64,000 nucleotides of DNA from Actinomycetes bacterium (GCA_029263055.1 JAJCYG010000058.1:3587-67586), one strand, 5' to 3'; shown: positions 60,101 to 63,465, numbered from the stretch's first letter. Made by a program: numbers and translations. The notes: generated by a model from the sequence alone, not told the origin.

Positions 60101-62941
60101 ATTCAAAGAGAGGGATTCGGTTGCTCCTGACACTGTCACAGGAAGAATCCAAGATTGTTGCTCAACAGTAAGTGAAGAGTTTTGGTCAGTAATAATTTGA
60201 ATAAAACGATCGGTTTGCAAATCTAAAAATTGATCTAGATCGCTCTTGTTTAAAAGTGCTCCAAGTAAAAAGTCAATCTGGCCAAAAAAGGTGGGAGCAT
60301 CCTCTTCACTCAACCTGTATAAATTTTTATCGACAAAATGCTTTGCTTCACTCGTAGGATAAAACCTTAATTTAAGTAACGCCAGCTTAACCGCAGATAT
60401 TTGTCCCGCATCAAAATGAGGAGTCAAACTATCAAAAAGAGGTTCAGGATCATCAGCATTCCATAAGTCGCTATTCTCATCGGACAAGACAGCAACCATC
60501 AGACGTTTGACAATATTCAAATTAGAGTAGACACCTGATCCAGAATACTTTTCATTGATAGAATTTTTTAACTCTGAATCTAAAAGAAAAGAATAAGCTA
60601 ATGCTTTCTTTAAAACAGCGCGTTCAACTCTAGATGTTGGCTCATTTTCTTCAACACCTGGATTTAAAATTTTCTCGAGATCTCGGATAACCTTACTTTC
60701 TTCTGCTGTCAACAGGATTGCAACATGCGGTGGCTCAGAAGGTTCAACCTCTACAGCTGGTTGTTTACCCCGTTGGCTGTGAAGACTACGCTCTCTAAAA
60801 AGTTCTAGCGTTGTTTGAGGAACCTCATTTAAGCTCACTCCTTGTTGAAAAACCAATGTTTTGCCTAAAGCATCAAGCTCATACCGTTCTTCTCTATCCC
60901 CTAAAAGCATTGCATGATCTTTTGCCTTTTCAGCATCCACCACAAGCACTAAAAACGGAGTTCCATTTATATCTAAAACCGCACGAAAGCTTTCAGAACC
61001 CATATCTGAAAAAGCTTGAGCTTTAACAATTCCTACAGGCCCTTTCATTTGAATTGAACCAGAATCAAGAGCTTGATTTAATTCGTTTAAGTCTGAAAGA
61101 GTCACTCCGGTTAAAGCAGCCTTAACAATCGGTCCTAAAAAAGTAAGCTGCGTTCTAACCAAAGCAGCACTTAACATTGTTTGTTGTTGCATTGGGTTTG
61201 CTGCACTGGCTAATTCAATTCCCAAACGGTTCCCAGAACGAAGCAAATCACGCTCAAATGGAGTGCGTACATTAAGCATGCGCTTTAAATAAGAAGATTC
61301 ATCATAATGAACCATACGCGGGGCCACCACAGCATACGACAAATCTTTACCCGCAAAAATTTCCTTAACCCCATCCGTGTGAAAACCACCTGCGATCATC
61401 ACCACTAAAGCAGCATTTTCTTCATCCATTTTAGCCAACAAATTTTCAGCCATGGCTTGATCACGTTTAATCGCAATCTCATAAAAAGACTCTAATAAAG
61501 GCGTCTGCTCAAAAAGCAGATCTAACTTCATTAATGCTTCTTTTAAAGCTTCTACTTCAGCGGCCACATTGGGGCGTTCCCAAATAATGAGATTCAAGCT
61601 TTGAAGCAGGCTATTTAAACTAAGTTCTTCTTTTTGCGTTGCCCAAACAGCTAAATTTTCGCGGCTCATTTCAAGTTGAACTAATTTTTCAAGCAAGCTT
61701 AATTGCGACTCCAAACGATCGAGTTCTACTTGTGCCATATCTTGCAACCAAAGCTCTTGAATGTCGCGAGTCGCTTTTTCAATCTCAACATAAAGAACCG
61801 GGCCATCCATGTTGGCATGCATTTTAATGGAATCAACATAAAGAAAAAGATTAGGATAACGCTCACGTACAGCTTCTGGCGCCATGTAATTTTCTTCAAC
61901 AAACTGTTCAAGCAGTGTGTAAAAACTTAAAGCCGACACATGGTTTAATTGAAACTTCAAACTCTCTTGAACAAAAATAGCCAACTCTTCTTGAGTTAAC
62001 TTTGCTTGAAGTTCCTTCATTAAATAACGACGTTCTTTTTCAATCCGTTTGAAATCAATCTTATCTTCAAGGTGGAGCACAGCTAAAGCAGCTTCAATCA
62101 TAGGAAAATTAGTGTTTAGAGTGGCGCTCACTCCAGAAGCAATAGCAGCTTCTTCTAATTGAAAAAGGTATTTTTTAAATGTAAGGGTTCCGTCTTCATA
62201 CTGACGGTAACTATGAGTTAGATCTAAAAGCTCTTGTGGATAGACTTTCTTTTGAATGGAATAAAGTGACTCTTTAACACTCTTTAACGTGATTAAATTT
62301 TCAGTTTTAATGAATTGAACTTTTTTGAAAATATCTAAATTTTTAAGATAAAGCTCTGGGGTTTCAATTCCGTAAATCTCAAACGGTTGTTCAGACTCTA
62401 AAGCAAAAGCTTCTGCACCAGAAAGATAAGACTTACGCATAAAAAGATCTGAAACAATTTTTTGAACTTGAGGATCAGCATAACCAAACACAGATTGTGG
62501 ATTAACCTCTCCATGAGCCGCTTCAACTGCGATCAGAACTTTTCCAGGTAAGTTCTCTTTATCAGACAAGACTTGTTCTAGAATTTTAGCAATGTGGGAT
62601 TGAGCTTCAAAATTAGCATGCGAATCTTGAATTTGAATAATGGCTGGATTGGCTACTTTCCCTTTTTTGAGGTTAGCCACCACATCAACATCTTCATTAG
62701 AAAGATAAACCTCTTTTAACGAACCAAACTGCTCTGGAATACGAAGTGATTCAAGAAACTCATTGGCACTTGAAGAAATGGTTTTGACAGATTGATTCAG
62801 AGAGATGTTAGGTGCTGTTACAGGAACAGACCCAATCCCTTGAGCGCGGCCTGTGTCATTGCAAATAAACGTGAACGCAATCACGCTAGCAATCGACCGA
62901 ACCACATTCTTATATTTTTTGTTTCGAGTTAGTTTTAACAT
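33128..62941 (-). CDS. Giant multidomain membrane protein, ~9937 aa: signal peptide, ChaN/TIKI-like module, TM blocks, split GT2-like synthase, TolC/OEP-like repeats, degenerate (alpha/alpha)6 domain
   Basis: ORF track gives 33128..62998; start moved to ATG 62941 (MLKLTRNKKYKNVVRSIASVIAFTFICNDTGRAQ) because the upstream in-frame part overlaps the riboswitch terminator. Motifs: IQDSHANFEAQ, AGGFHTDG, FTPVHNED, FPKASN, QFDDKS, AIVQS, AYGHN, IAEDA, RTWKFAKG; KYREGRASASDVALVR..AEATLRRILNI. Confidence 0.93.
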   Translation of the reverse strand: MLKLTRNKKYKNVVRSIASVIAFTFICNDTGRAQGIGSVPVTAPNISLNQSVKTISSSANEFLESLRIPEQFGSLKEVYLSNEDVDVVANLKKGKVANPAIIQIQDSHANFEAQSHIAKILEQVLSDKENLPGKVLIAVEAAHGEVNPQSVFGYADPQVQKIVSDLFMRKSYLSGAEAFALESEQPFEIYGIETPELYLKNLDIFKKVQFIKTENLITLKSVKESLYSIQKKVYPQELLDLTHSYRQYEDGTLTFKKYLFQLEEAAIASGVSATLNTNFPMIEAALAVLHLEDKIDFKRIEKERRYLMKELQAKLTQEELAIFVQESLKFQLNHVSALSFYTLLEQFVEENYMAPEAVRERYPNLFLYVDSIKMHANMDGPVLYVEIEKATRDIQELWLQDMAQVELDRLESQLSLLEKLVQLEMSRENLAVWATQKEELSLNSLLQSLNLIIWERPNVAAEVEALKEALMKLDLLFEQTPLLESFYEIAIKRDQAMAENLLAKMDEENAALVVMIAGGFHTDGVKEIFAGKDLSYAVVAPRMVHYDESSYLKRMLNVRTPFERDLLRSGNRLGIELASAANPMQQQTMLSAALVRTQLTFLGPIVKAALTGVTLSDLNELNQALDSGSIQMKGPVGIVKAQAFSDMGSESFRAVLDINGTPFLVLVVDAEKAKDHAMLLGDREERYELDALGKTLVFQQGVSLNEVPQTTLELFRERSLHSQRGKQPAVEVEPSEPPHVAILLTAEESKVIRDLEKILNPGVEENEPTSRVERAVLKKALAYSFLLDSELKNSINEKYSGSGVYSNLNIVKRLMVAVLSDENSDLWNADDPEPLFDSLTPHFDAGQISAVKLALLKLRFYPTSEAKHFVDKNLYRLSEEDAPTFFGQIDFLLGALLNKSDLDQFLDLQTDRFIQIITDQNSSLTVEQQSWILPVTVSGATESLSLNELVVADSKKVLSDDKIIKGVVIALLDAFAHRLETDFAGETDPGDGKGGPLTIAARIKDEVAADKSTEEYFGMIQRFKDKFQSQEQVGIFDLIEREDTLETFVQRANLVLGFYPLALGLTQEDEYEEDETQAAEVEKVEDAEVVGMLGGDVAPTAPSEEEVLLSELRSYFISLASAPNPILYKKDLRKALALISQAPKPVQEAALALVDSTADRVDLLIQATLQFRLQRWSEAADQVIENQLVQSSLVLARNNLEDVSGLRTKIKNLSSFLQSFNTEQTVLYFETLESKISDLETEEQAKVREGLDRVFSLVFSHYGAQYGYDVFISRQTDRLAEALSEEYNVSDWVNGQAKESIQTLPQVKPVAVEMLRPLLERMKLSLTKTQFVDRDYAARVESGDITDPSLRFNQEQLRQIQADAFVKQVDLLLAQLTGENRPSIIEIHTVLRHIKDINEQWRISNENQFSLIEENFTFSSDSFLQEFPLAESLMHYLNQINGEDSSYSQLELYEIFFANPISKTIALYPVTAFLAPYLLTKKPQVPAVQYGDLEMGIAEAPPEGSTVPSADPTDIDLDAVQGLGGAPVAARVQPVQRVRQRPEEPTVTAEAVTPATPLPAVTQPAAPVGPQTPDRQLAANQAGKDKDDEEEYSGVIPNTLRLLWRVIAGLIAIGSPLVEGFFESGAMVTASFNGVSFYLSSALFFFAAMWIVTAIVINDGRKLETERQRLKREAEGDASRFRQVVRKIIDAFSPLIGVGVSAYTINQLALMGGIAVAASPFFFPVVFFALLIFVLPLFSETRLIKNNILRSNLTSIYLTAEAFAVGVVLATVFPGSFLYMLLGLTLAVVVGGVIRVFNKMPSRNKGEFWAKLIGFSTALLLLPDLIRVVAQPLVQGGVGTAFYAHVDALASLAQALASQNFLFIIGSFIIAFPFIRAVWATRGNDEKAQRWGNAYVGGAFVVVALALFWFYPQIAQLLINGFGADSFGILSTLANGTHFISYWASFFAAEPTALTQAVVVGAFFAIAKGIHSVWTFRPRTRGTSSDRRNQKVTRVEENKVDNATVEGMTLFTPVHNEDIHIIIKGLRMHQRSAGYYKEQLATRGLDHRVNIARADDYLYLLADKVKPKAEKTGAYFNELREDVLRHNAVNPLSDPRPMEDLLDYQDVITFVIQELRYKDPKMSFQSAYEAALEMVEGLLDDLNPYRDRLRSLKEVIEVNKVFDVADAEKKWKADQSHNKAWTRHEVMDEALKRLHVVQTDRLRGTGDLTDKVLDLILVKAYRNKIESNLEPVADADAVSELSRMNLEMADSALVLNSFKWVTQFMSKDNEDNTNDNFFGEALYRLGVTEENFENLQQLYVRTAFYETQKIQYTSRPKHGEVLDKGKVYRRHGLFPKASNQSVPFQIDFALEEVVKLSKRLGDTFAPVLNRHKAWMILKTEPVWTIQTKILKKIDPKNGGLSYTDAYREVKKELLDQNQIHPIVFAWMEQKAGHRFMAEILNTSVEASQKIEEDLALQEKVVQHHHARSLTKEEKVIQTVATSLSVSYRTARLIVQSEDSSSANENKKARKKALFYLLAEINGISNDADNETLLAEIRGVPSVPFVGSLVPIDPLAPDHPVWEEQVENLSKAIKAKADDLIDLALGRSQALQKWAFMSAAEVLGLSVQMTDRVENNLKEFAEEIRDEEGRALTRSEEIMKTIASALSISYSTVEKIFEIENKLTENEKEEARKFALNLLVAESNGIDSDPSVNPDWEVEVQLLGEEELTDGIEILELVLEYKQSLNEIKMASVLRYQEDVLNKRVNEVAQADGNLSVIPLSPRHKELIRIITQHLAESDPLKAQFPSNVSVREWELYYDVWTDASFLRRAPTESEVTARFREVLYAQGIRGFLGDQVHDTMHEELGWGDLISNKVNGEPAEHYMGLNKILQFDDKSSWAATQGTWEMAKFMFENPNLAIVQSTTEANNSDENMVTRNVGPLVGIFSKEIVPTNDMTFAYGHNQLVSRVSLRASLAFDPHIRGKDYRRNVKKRIGSPGSEKIWSQGFGVRPLTNVMHSRSGRTFIAEDAQQQMMSTELINPVTGHKFDSITVTTGYEGTSEGVVPDFNVTSSVRTWKFAKGAWELLGNTVTEVFKNAPRLYSWPVFGTVAFLLMQAGIRGWTVFGLPFPFPDLSYGISTISIYFQQFGISPFGLLLFVGSLLVMNLLWQTAKQIWEKRHTGSKWKAFQMVVASVLLTGIAVGFGLLFYNLGLHQVALSLGQALFNLEFVGLVRELLGPTLYGLVKFALVVYAGLKTVRFVMLRGEVSEVLSKLPFVGEWIRYYSTREVAEGNFFASLAKAGIVSLLVAQYLGAVGPAVALGSAVPLVVIAALFNSYTLEDKIDPSKKVLKAAVGTQGTFTNLVSAGAKVVRWQVLIEALEAVRASSYQGFKTWGGRFWNGFFLTASAALILVSNNYSSLISENVISGFRSVVVDLFGPFPGMEQVLTNMGAVITNALDWLPSWEIISNPALTSVFGLEVVQLLLLALVVAVPIYIIFYVGFSQTIETLKNPSRLLGVFKVRYLLPLTAITIAATGWSPKIAGVTLFEPFWNGFLAGLGAFPVELALFFGFTFVIGGIVYFSLGGVIPQKVKNAVKTWPGIRTFHRVLVGASKARGLFTEDMLSFFKNPRVPWTAKVQFASNLFGFVILLPLMILTFANIWIWNLGISNVYTAMPLMLLPFGIIASLAPNAINLESFANEKVSRMTSFFRISPDDKRGEYAPAKFLKKYLAHKQLRYVVILGVILLAPILMPLAYLFLTWYYTAQMPSQMFGATGQMFGSVKRASHTGVKANVNVESKTFREILVSIYSKSIIYTQLMGLGLIGSIGYGVLIGTIPMNNLVLWAVLGMNLFIGLGMIVSPIIFSREIVAKTSSMVGSFKLLIYNAVKRVFLNPVVPVLLLLIGAVGPFIPQIGLPGLIALGAGAVLLGISIFFFDSSVKTPAFRTAGERFKRFEEKHIQPWLRRLVFSAFLFLSSSLFWSGLLSNQGPSWLPQRLRALVAQLNRVNPIRKSDEDADLRQLELQLANQSLNDLQQTSIRLIGLRGSTARLNQAIHEAGLMVQDRQGRTSIIEARRRTLQLSKVEALTAMQFASTRNVDVTRLINHLNQLRQKEIQAILAYEQLATNVNSSTSFNARSFQAFIQQIGQLKVDYDEVSNVIGLFETQLRNQGLSLNDPSLEAVTRLVNRLRDLAVQNRGSWVQLESYLASQGELVSQGVQDKPVIGAIQGGLQLAQIERLASDDADLFTQQVDREIARADTALRREQRLLTEAQRWLAHLTQVKDSNELQIRELAQHYNLLHIRMNAASERARQYNASELLAGLGDVSGLAYSFSYNPIWIEQIMEAEDLYTQILTQYTSVSGSQVDADANKERLLTAIQSARNNPLGRTIWTGNGTASLDNLKAVVERLEAGSSLSWAEVKRHLVQGLPFIRQLQAGTLSTDYTARYYTEMTHDLDLSYAHSLIYAPNRQAPRAQFQTNRRAEVISDLSQDRIDWSLFEQVLRREFGNHRAVEFAGIRSQVYRLFRNEIQYLNRDQATVNRVLAVLNIRGEVSNADLVSEISRRPVLSRTRALALLQQLKDTGVVNGEGQTIKLPANFLQESVLNQRMLDEVLAEGVLARQGYQALSTQIRSELPAALNERTQVQLRLSVRLGNIHGYDGVSGFARIIRQREEDDIEIRIRGIAQLIADLSSGGSEDILRIPLSELVIPAFVQGSTRLARAQNYLAYLRATLDELDELRLAEEGVARAQEKVRATQPQILARLRLSAGDKYDEEISMLQGRRLQQRQLVHRLTQRAIQADQTWFRQLSRLREYLQRLSHRHASGAPIRVVVDRLLVQLERYEQVVGEADLARERYVSELIRFTLTERRADGLSRLANLRTLHRQKETTLNTLGETIRTDLQTLAGLDQSTLAEWIRTERDTRAASFNFQDYLVNRLLRRLPVAISDILNVRAASQTSYFRDVREIGLRDRIGTIDAVLAGLDSHSTRRVVPLPGSGRTSGGVVPAVSGTSFLVTTDNLATGVMQDSRVVAAQAGLERARLQRTSRYRRFAPRVAAVLGASDFATEGTATDSSPRETDLTVGARASVSLSVQDLIEASQVNRAVQEQEHAVHQAAQQVLMERFIAASDVLFSRQKVELGRAHIEGLRLVLSETETKYREGRASASDVALVRTEISREELNLIVFRSEVFQAEATLRRILNIPSNQSLRFNDLGIEIDQIRSTVAQLQNGALTRMLEHAGISRETLTASRGQNLDLLRAQNRGEQIQAGLRSAASTSIFHTEMGEHWSALSLVPRVLVNFSYAHDFVDSTNTLTADARLIWTIFDTQTGRNIRRQVALSDLNSREQLRILHDEKLRTEQVYRAQVETQQRFATLLQHLGDAAGRMRTVDIPALRRAYQNHPTTENLRELMAALRLQANAMDSASVRQRWMRETLGAQRGQNLVPDTWNGQVQNLTDVFRDIPNRMIQNHPEILFRDSEIQLAQTMLDTTGGLWVFDRFSLQGLAGARYQNFTGNSNNVPGRFSNGQWYVGARAEVRINTLIDEQQALHTAEIREHTAQKAVAQFNLRKRGIETLIRIIVLNQALVVPTTGGTNRQFRVNQDNPTQATTELLQLLNQFQSLPGMRARIQADLLAATQNRNETLFTLERLTRQLAIELGMNPRALQLNINMTLNESNMNTLVAQFADLVRAGRSAQTELRRAQEARIAAERRLREERNSISGTFLNNGVLFAEYTYARSFNGNGDEHQLIAGIDLAALFSRDESSRRRSRDRFYSSSSRLSVTPGQDSARAIRSRTEAAAALRRATERKRTTGQELLQAEQAWTRVRGDTSVTNQRLFFDARRRYLRAVSADREALMNLGLAQITALYHEVPNVTSATHSTTPAQVRNYSSNQTYLEAAMTHSSIMQSAQSNLQQKQTALQTALDSAGILNRLIRFDGYQLEYTGRQFENRPNNGSNIVTHEGMARVLFHLNPSASVRATVLQAYLDYVRALELKARTEAQERLRIMQDLMGVAVSGDQLYVLTETLKGYHNSLTDTVVRVGSTRGIVSAWAGLAGRGNRILADDDLSILRDILEIEYDGTLELMLAARNFSRLSAGGDATNQAILDQVNQFVHGQAAPEFNRDEKRRIMDMIATAFNGPQTPAPYLTLALTKLSSLQIHRFLNTTNPAHITSMVNLGGFGEFAEPARRVAAQTLLENLNNFVQENAEVQESLNIFSIKEQQLNQLRQRNQDGLNLLKLNVGLNSQDTLTVTGIERLGLHRYNGRRVLPTEFQALLSSSNLDIEALNEAEANLLRTSDLLTTLGTHSEVMQFVLTGQDPTTDAARQEIERLNLQPWGNNTFEYIFLRNMRLGGGAGVNNFNFSNSDGNPTLQAFLEIGLDYLFISEIDDAIERTYLAQEATRIGTSMNDIRAHLQQVFRDLVRANMEFHANKNLITTNQALLNALNAEHRNGIGSLQDRQRAVQALANARRAQINAFMRFTVAAGVLENYGVNIADFLQRSSRRSAEPGSESLSERLQASPMGSSLFELGMRSGYFDISGTQTATYQIELGRREIEGYEANIASAQQLMAYFTARPSVEIRNQFNLTIRDLRRTMGHIEGEMRILMRRPIALHRQLHWNKLARRVALVATTPAVEDWHDGIMSSINTRSHNMAHELVALYDAQDTRSQEELYRLTGSRSGSFEITDTAFNNLFRHPRTGEGWSRRLRTSVQPAIDALRQRDPLQANILQELVNEKITEFETLLRARRTSFNNNRTLDREFRDYNRALRLDEARLAATEAPENESDADEELRERIQGVINTEAAALYNRFYQFIDRHSDDNPSESQRALAVAGEMRNVRSLRTLNEDSLLPGSTPEIEQADQVVQGRFRVQQWNSFRPRFTQMDLIWTDALRDRFISILSDKSLVESLLADSTYGTRGGKGNAPRTALTRLVRFIDAYHQAAAVRNQFQQAPTELTQSPIWNELINTYGFTTENARAFILRYERYAKTSPMNMNTVGGRRAFLTNLFDLSQENATRLAQQSTYTDLIRRMNEDRVVHYFRTVQRMERIQAIMHRAMGSFIHLATHDEMAAVIEANEDNPSEEGAYITRQRNEITRIQRNIARIQAQQGQSQLLRLDQPKEEATLFDLSLQRLSQSLNGLTRGFLAPLTRPRVVELSDDLAAFYQQRQTILRLKYQLAYQTQNRSSREVANTLSQSDINAQMAALQRQYAELFNRLIDNDHTWPLVQQFQQDLNQGFQDGATTYRGLTAIRGDLQRQLVDLQLERALEGDFSSVEPNSLASSVDLARREVAAASNRLNNASPDAQVTSNEMFNRSLLRLSELEQQLFRTSGVDPNQFQREAQAFFRANGVEDVSAFAATLSFPQEQIMASLNTVITTEIARLNAEQDPTSLATRSRQIELLNQARERLREYTASVATYKELLVQYYVNLQFNISRRAQSRVLSYTDAMKLHRSMAQALATSREIQSIRATLNAKGAEIISLVTHEDVKNPSSGAGIDVTEILARTHSGTQAQAEIQSIHDDYFFEQVLAPFYMNVARDRALILSQRFRTQRNAEPNRPDILVTFEFLDQQIRDLTQEKARFVNAIPMARHARIYDQALRLIFPADAAARTRLQQHPVGAQRLIGQALVFFRQDLQQIFTQNRDFIAEGDRNGGYVGDEERRNRYQLLTRLRQATIVDALGGNGFIPVQSFQAMQVLRQVYTKYLSYDTRIAAIEEQKTALVLNPSSAFRNLMPGFVQGLVPQADSQTSILWILQELLREKQNDTSLDGVARKQATEALALMQGEHGIMRVFRDWTITQVQFDEFREQLRRGELDANDPAVRRQQQQYESRAATLIGEFEARFAILAEKMRKTPFLNTLIQEMEQRVERLGVVENFAQIMQGLRDHAGLQLWGFVERAEGVRNSLIIERDMGRRYMLHLDSEGANLQARAQWQSYIDRLKITETLSYGHEEAFFFALTGSTQGGKETLPGNPAYRAIRNYRNLLGKMNQVNERLDQPNRPVVEADYDRFLNNKHVPLNYVVLNDPYIRREFNGQQIALPRSFEGDPYVYLSDVAQMIQWKVREGQFEHARSYSNFLAYRFLMDVKETGEFNLFNSVYDLQSTDAIRLNGQYVQSVKSNSELLEALVFMVSQIGDTRSLPYIYYLTHQLSQVTSGATVDAASEAARIQALRSAHQLLGQPRIQRLPMTDFMASLERLMVTEAVSTNPAVRTKLVEMMTWFRGAPGTVGAQALPASNIALVNLKNAVFENNFQIKSTASIETITHTFMLIRTLGLRQVNAAWGSSLTEADLTRMVQQARRIIETRRLVSQYDARFEGLSLEEGRLRSLGSYAGDREVVTRLLADVQGDKTAYLERLDEAGLIHWNVAGYGTRVVSTQDTLNYYFFLRAYQLLTPEKAAEAQEFLTAASRQASLGGQGIPEVLAEDPLTHRSARRLHIGSSALASLFLNGVNLATSATAPLPSVQTNRGRAEVTQVVRENVNHVFANTSFSTANTQLELKPMTANTAGEVTQVELVLNLTKAPSIDQFASSQFQENIFQYARDLRDQTGNIPNWMSLSDGLVQIQLSLRLTVDPVTHAVTGVEVNLPANIDAAIRAELEPALSSLQTRLNGVQIQGLSLARWAVLANVDSEANRMARSANVLRILRTGLMQTRFQHLRTALIANGNLAADATPVDYPLDEALIRATTAYIEAVRQNPSSQNRDVEHALNRVKVFLSAGVTTRDPLTLNLRLVRDMESYRQRRLGSLTTLRNLLQRLGFTTSNTSLAELVDAYSRYRQSNETLAPHVMQNMVEAEDALIRLQLDLTQEHLRALPLQKLWSLVPTDIQNGVNVVVVYGDKSITGTLTEGLLEQELTRSHLNDWVTVNGITLTGRSLSHSADETALMGRLGVAAQNPAGIAVSSASIENAHLIVLTDASQMAQLMRTHPTAFPKVVLLNDLIGTTQLDSARRLHGRGTTPEAAQQFATRYTEILRMGLVPQLQELKTERVDGQASPSLESMIAPLYREWSTANPAATFDQQFAEAMRLFQEASFVVGYPKLSLREFMNHTILLEVAQEISSRYPGELTGTLHLDDSELVERLIELDSLDQKREHSVLAGLIRLIEDFEARNVTGLVVPRGEEQLLPRLEQNGREILMAQVTHLAFQQSVTRFVEDAQSLVSDLMAVQLFNQIDPNFTLLVEPDVVDQYDISSDSGVVNQIEITKERLLEETREWFRLQQIDENNPIQIRIVPGNADDPVEFRVAPSGRIEMVLPVDHLMSLSRIQLGRDTIAAFNQRNRHQRDASRQVVGERGINLRVDRDVAVAHQMVGPNNFVDGLQRLVPRLRELAAQNSLHPNSVVIVRVIKGDATVTPNVRAVADIVRTYIDVTDGWVQEQVAALPAVQSVNSVEAFNERYQHQRGAGSATAPRGIELRTNVPEAELQRLQAAGLMAKIERLVPRFRALADTVNRSGRNRIVLIVSSTHSRDVVVDNLSDLRRVTIVLTPAQVEAELAALDKQADPPSGNKGAGKPAQAEKKSAADPKPGTKPTTKPVGKPKKDVPAKVDRVEPPTTKPAAKPQPNKRGQERTALKDGFSKVATDSKEAARIFQNQFGEAMNSESSEGLKTLVQENPDMRIEIFALASVKRVRQLQAMDKTTGEAQVNAARAVVSTIKFLLNTFSKELHQKKNDELQKQLKRAQAIIKKSETEKAEKSGQRSMKSGLGLDLKAMLAYESGDPKAALKKMLQGVLVGSQKEGKNPRLVQQLTPAYERMPAEAEVKNFIWKLSHLNKLMGGEYTELTLTTLSQSELERFYEMYQTYSKTLSAELSLDEREHALVRSFLEEKAKTEQRLDRELELVKETMKNSKALLVLNLEGLESSQIEQIQNQLADVPNLLVAIIVGSENDADRLSAQLEDTENIYAGTTRTLTALRESAWMVFEVTQYSNSDFGDQLMNQMVIEEVLRHLVPEQAPSELEEMLEGAQQEQQSEQNFGVAA

Positions 62942-62977
62942 TTTTTTATCAACCTTACCCCTTAATCGAATTTGAAC

Positions 62978-63022
62978 AAAAAAATAGCCAAGTTGCATGC
63001 TTGATTAAAACTGCAACTCGGC
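62978..63022 (-). terminator. Intrinsic terminator (riboswitch expression platform)
   Basis: Minus strand GCCGAGUUGCA-loop-UGCAACUUGGC-UAUUUUUUU, overlapping the aptamer 3' strand. Confidence 0.8.
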
Positions 63023-63180
63023 CAACTCTCACAAAAACAATTTCAGTCATACTCACATCACAACTAGTGGGAGTTCTCCCACTACAACAATATAAGTACA
63101 ACTGGTGACACCGAAGTGTCGATTTTAAGAGTCCCGTAGCTTTGCGCCCCACAATTGCTTGAGGTTTGCCCTGTCTTAAA
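63005..63180 (-). ncRNA. c-di-GMP-I (GEMM-I) riboswitch with ~95-nt insertion in the second stem
   Basis: P1 UUAAGAC/GUUUUAA; AGGGCAAACCUCAA-GCAA-UUGUGGGGCGCAAAGCUACGGGACUCU..[insert]..AGAGUUGGCCGAGUUGC. It lies in the 5' leader of the 9.9-kaa ORF. Confidence 0.85.
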
Positions 63181-63239
63181 GCTAGCTGTCACTGATAGAG
63201 GAAATCCTGTGGATATACCTATATACAAGTGACGGGGTA

Positions 63240-63268
63240 AGAGTAGCAGTTTTCAATGGTTTTGTCAA
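63240..63268 (-). promoter_or_regulatory. sigma70-type promoter
   Basis: TTGACA-17 bp-TACTCT with TG extended -10, about 60 nt upstream of the riboswitch. Confidence 0.7.
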
Positions 63269-63412
63269 GGCCCAAGCCAATTAAATAAACTTAAATACGT
63301 AAGCCATTCAAAATAAAAGCTTTAAGAATGAAGAAAGTTCAACTTCTCCTCTCCTCAACCCTTCTCCCAAAACCCAAATCGTGCCAATTCTTATGAAATA
63401 ACCCACCCAAAC

Positions 63413-63459
63413 AAAGTTATCCACAACCCGGGGTCAGGTACCAGCCTGTGGATAACTTT
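63413..63459. repeat. 13-bp inverted repeat containing two perfect DnaA boxes
   Basis: AAAGTTATCCACA (TTATCCACA at 63417-63425) and TGTGGATAACTTT (TGTGGATAA at 63447-63455), 21 bp apart. Confidence 0.65.
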
Positions 63460-63465
63460 TGGCAC

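Noticed and set aside
62942-62998. Longer start of the 9956-aa ORF (likewise 33046 for the 3639-aa ORF)
   Set aside because: The extensions lie within terminator/hairpin sequences; downstream ATGs give proper signal peptides.
1446-63152. Dozens of 60-170 aa ORFs in the track, including hydrophobic 2403..2909
   Set aside because: They overlap the giant genes or their leaders in antisense or alternate frames and show no recognisable motifs; treated as shadow ORFs.
63200-63460. Replication origin
   Set aside because: Only 2-3 DnaA boxes, no dnaA/dnaN/gidA context and no evident unwinding element.
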